From NCBI GenBank assembly GCA_043228905.1, contig JBHGNT010000022.1, forward strand, positions 7,130,001 to 7,194,000: a DNA stretch of 64,000 nt, read 5' to 3'. The DNA comes from Azolla caroliniana. Its lineage: Eukaryota; Plantae; Polypodiophyta. Position numbers and translations under genes: made by a program. Under the pieces are notes generated by a model. That model had not been told where the DNA came from. It searched no databases and was given only the letters and a program-made list of their open reading frames with translations. Each line of letters opens with the position of its first letter. The first letter of the stretch is position 1. Shown one piece after another: positions 62,101 to 64,000 of this stretch.

Positions 62101-64000
62101 AATTCCTTTGCAACATTTACCGGTCGGGGCTTGTCTGCTGTGCCGAGGTCCACCTCCTCCAGTTGGGATGCTTTTACCCTCTGGGATATTGTCATTTCCC
62201 TCTCTAGGGATTCCTGTGCTTGTCGTAGTTCCCGGATCGCCGCTTGGTCCGGTTCTTCCGGCGTCGTAATGTACGGTTCTACTGCCGCCGTGATATCCAC
62301 CTCAAATAGTGGGACGATTCGTGGGTGTTCCTCGAGGTACCGCTCGACTTCCTCGTCCGGTAATCCTTCCAACATGTTAATGCTTTCCGCATACAATGGA
62401 GTTGCTTCCTTACTGGTGATCACCCGTGGTTGCGTCGTTACTCGTACCTTTGTTTTCCCTCGCCGGAATGTGATCATGTTCTTTTGCCAGTTCTGCTTGA
62501 TATGCGCCGTTCGCAGCCATGGTCGTCCTAGCAGTAGGGGGTACGCGCCTTGTACATTCAGCTGCAGCACCACGGCCGATATCCGGAATACGTGGCCTCC
62601 GATCGTGATTTCCAAATCCCGGATAAGCCCGGTCGGTCGGACTGAGCTAGTATCCGCCATGCGTAACCAGAAGGGGCATGGTTCCCATTCCCGGATGCCC
62701 AGGTCGTTGCATGTCTGTTGGCTGATGACATTTACCCCGGAGCCTCCGTCAATAATCGTTCCAGCAATTTCCTTTCCTTTCACGATTGTCGTGATCGCCG
62801 GGCTACTTGTATCGACCACCGCTGGTCCTTCCTCCGGGTTGGAGAAGAATGCCGGTGCTGGCGTCGGCTTCGGTTTGCTGACGGATGCCTGTAGGTCTGC
62901 CGTAAATCGTGGCACTAACTGTAGTAGTCGTGCTAACGGTAGCACGATTTGACAGTCTTGTAGCGCTTGCCACGTCGGGTTTTCTCCCGGCTGTATGATT
63001 TCTTCGTCTTTTGGCATATTTTGGTCTCTTACTTCTGCCGCATTCTGTTCATTGGCCTCCTTGATCCATTGTGTCGCTTGTTTTCTGATTGCCTCCTGGG
63101 CTTCCCACTCGGCGGTCTTTCCCTTTGACCGGGTTGTGACCTGCTGTACTTCTGTTATTTCGGCTGTAACCATGTTGACTTCCGGCTGCTTGTCATAGCT
63201 TTTGCTTGGGCATTGGTTACTATAGTGGCCTTCCTTGCGGCAGTAATAACAGTACACCTTGTGACTGTTGCTCGTTTCTCCTTTGTCCCCGGTTTGGAGG
63301 GTGGGTATGCTCCGGCGGTCGTCTTCGGTTTTTCGGTTATCCGGTACGGATACCGGGTTGTCATTCCTTGCTGCCTCCCGACGTTCCTCTCTTCGGAAAA
63401 ATCCACGCTTCTGATTCCGTCGGAAATTTCGGTTCCCTTGTCGCCTCTCTTCTCCGCGTCGGTCGTATTCCGGGGCTCCGTCTTGGTCGTACCGGTCCCG
63501 GGGGTAGCTTTCTTTGCGTCTCTCCTCTCGGTCATAGTTGTCGCGTCTTCTATCAGCGTATCCTTGTCGCCTCTCTTCTCCGCGTCTGTCGTCTTCCGGG
63601 GATTCGTCTCTATCGTACCGGTCCCGGGGGTAGCTATCTCTGCGTCTCTCCTCTCGGTCATAGTTGTCGCGTCTTCTATCAGCGTATCTGTTACCGCATT
63701 CGCGTTGGTAGCGGTCGTCTCTCCGGAATCGATCCTCGTCCGGGTTCTGATTGCGCGGTTCTATGTGTCGAACCGGTGCTGCCTGCCGATTTAACAGGTT
63801 GTATTCGCATCGGTCCGTTGTATGGGCTCGAGAGTTGCAGATCACGCATTGTGTCCGCAGGGTGCAGTCTACTGTTGAGTGCCCCGAATTTAGGCATGTC
63901 GTACATTGTAAGGCATGTCGGAACCTCAGGTCTTCCTCTTTTGGGAGTGCCCGGTGTAACATCCCCATCGACAAGAAGGGGCTAGTCTTGTCCATTTCTA
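59169..64000 (-). CDS. Intact gag-pol of a non-chromovirus Ty3/gypsy element (Athila-like); 5' end outside the window
   Basis: 1608 aa without stops: three CCHC-type knuckles, PR IIDGGSGVN, RT FLDGFSGYNQI and VFLDD, RNaseH VDASDVAIG and YSTTEREAL, INT HCGISGGH..CDLC, WGLDFVGP, GKLRFRWTGPF. No chromodomain and no evident extra archaeal-type RNaseH. Confidence 0.96.
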   Translation of the reverse strand, partial: EMDKTSPFLSMGMLHRALPKEEDLRFRHALQCTTCLNSGHSTVDCTLRTQCVICNSRAHTTDRCEYNLLNRQAAPVRHIEPRNQNPDEDRFRRDDRYQRECGNRYADRRRDNYDREERRRDSYPRDRYDRDESPEDDRRGEERRQGYADRRRDNYDREERRKESYPRDRYDQDGAPEYDRRGEERRQGNRNFRRNQKRGFFRREERREAARNDNPVSVPDNRKTEDDRRSIPTLQTGDKGETSNSHKVYCYYCRKEGHYSNQCPSKSYDKQPEVNMVTAEITEVQQVTTRSKGKTAEWEAQEAIRKQATQWIKEANEQNAAEVRDQNMPKDEEIIQPGENPTWQALQDCQIVLPLARLLQLVPRFTADLQASVSKPKPTPAPAFFSNPEEGPAVVDTSSPAITTIVKGKEIAGTIIDGGSGVNVISQQTCNDLGIREWEPCPFWLRMADTSSVRPTGLIRDLEITIGGHVFRISAVVLQLNVQGAYPLLLGRPWLRTAHIKQNWQKNMITFRRGKTKVRVTTQPRVITSKEATPLYAESINMLEGLPDEEVERYLEEHPRIVPLFEVDITAAVEPYITTPEEPDQAAIRELRQAQESLEREMTISQRVKASQLEEVDLGTADKPRPVNVAKELPKEEKKAMVALLTDFKDVFAWSYEDMRGLDPQLYQHQIHLSTDVKPIAQRRYRMNLNYAAKVKEEIDKLLRVGFIRPVKQATWLSPIVVVPKKNGNIRVCVDYRKLNAATVTDAFPLPFTDGVLDAVAGHEVYSFLDGFSGYNQIRMNPADQEKTTFVTEWGVFVAVVMMFGLKTAPATFQRIIMEIFGEYIPGFMQVFLDDVAVYSRHGEHLDHLRLCLEKCREYRLSLNPAKCVFGVPSGNLLGHVVSKEGIAVDPDKVKAILDAPAPSNANALSRFLGQIRWHSRMIRHLADFATPLHTAVHRVPFLWAETEEEAYKALKVMLSQAPVVQPPDWSKSFHVFVDASDVAIGSVLMQLTEPKWYRPVYYASRKLSKAERNYSTTEREALGMVYSVTKYRHYLLGRKFSFHVDHSALLYLVSKASLTGKIARWTLLLQEFEFDIFHRPGAQHAVADYLSRLESGEAGDGVQDEFPDAELFRITTKPATDTTVANEDTWLTEMHQFLSTGVPPENMDRDERKRVAVRSRHFCLVGDTLYHKGADGIWRRAVRSDEKDLILREAHCGISGGHYAGDATARKIWQSGLWWPTTLKDAVRYSRECDLCQRLGQPTEQARMPHHPVLPLEPFQKWGLDFVGPFKPPAMRTGNRYVIVATDYCTKWVEAKALRDNTAASTAKFLYECIWCRYGCPIELISDQGGHFLGQVVESLTSFYSVVHKKSTPYYPQANGLAESTNKTLQNILRKIVNENRTDWDTKLQSVLWAYRTTYKTSIRTTPFRLAFGLEAVMPVEFQIPSLRIQVKERLSENESERIRLATLLELEENRIASLLQLELEQRRRKAFVDRHRRGNEKEFEVGKPVLLFQTRMGNMPGKLRFRWTGPFWITKEYNGSYQLGTLSGDVIGKWANGFRLKPYKGNMPANPFKRNPEIRQDEEPTPTDAARTEEEPTPILTRTIPENRQKDPVSTRTDPNKSGGTSK
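63436..63687 (-). repeat. 126-bp in-frame tandem duplication in gag (R/D/E-rich 42-aa unit x2)
   Basis: YADRRRDNYDREERR.(D/E)SYPRDRYD...RRGEERRQG occurs twice. Confidence 0.9.

Noticed and set aside
57340-63985. Long plus-strand ORFs antisense to gag-pol and the accessory ORF (e.g. 58009-58833, 62023-62952, 63206-63985)
   Set aside because: Shadow frames of GC-rich coding sequence with no recognisable motifs.

Overview
Eukaryotic, land-plant nuclear DNA. The PLS-type PPR gene with a truncated E-type tail and the retroelement lineages suggest a non-seed plant such as a fern; this is inference. There are two apparently intact host genes: an intronless PLS-class PPR gene (5891-8980, +) with an unusual internal expansion of a PPR half-motif, and a two-exon MATE/DTX transporter (15649-15443 + 14451-12973, -) with a His-rich N-terminus. 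A 3' fragment of a molybdenum-cofactor-sulfurase (ABA3-like MOSC domain) gene with introns lies at 54232-55365. Most of the rest is a nested transposon stack. It includes two decayed Ty3/gypsy copies, a LINE split by two related Ty1/copia LTR elements (both with exact TSDs, one intact and very young), a mosaic of fragments with a solo LTR and a 490-bp tandem duplication, and a 159-bp hAT MITE. It also includes the 5' half of an Athila-like element with two tandem arrays in its leader, and a young non-chromovirus Ty3/gypsy element with an intact gag-pol. That last element carries a ~970-aa extra coiled-coil ORF in the env position, and a diverged homologous fragment of this ORF sits elsewhere in the window. 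A 100-N assembly gap is at 47913-48012. All identities were counted by eye; no database search was run.
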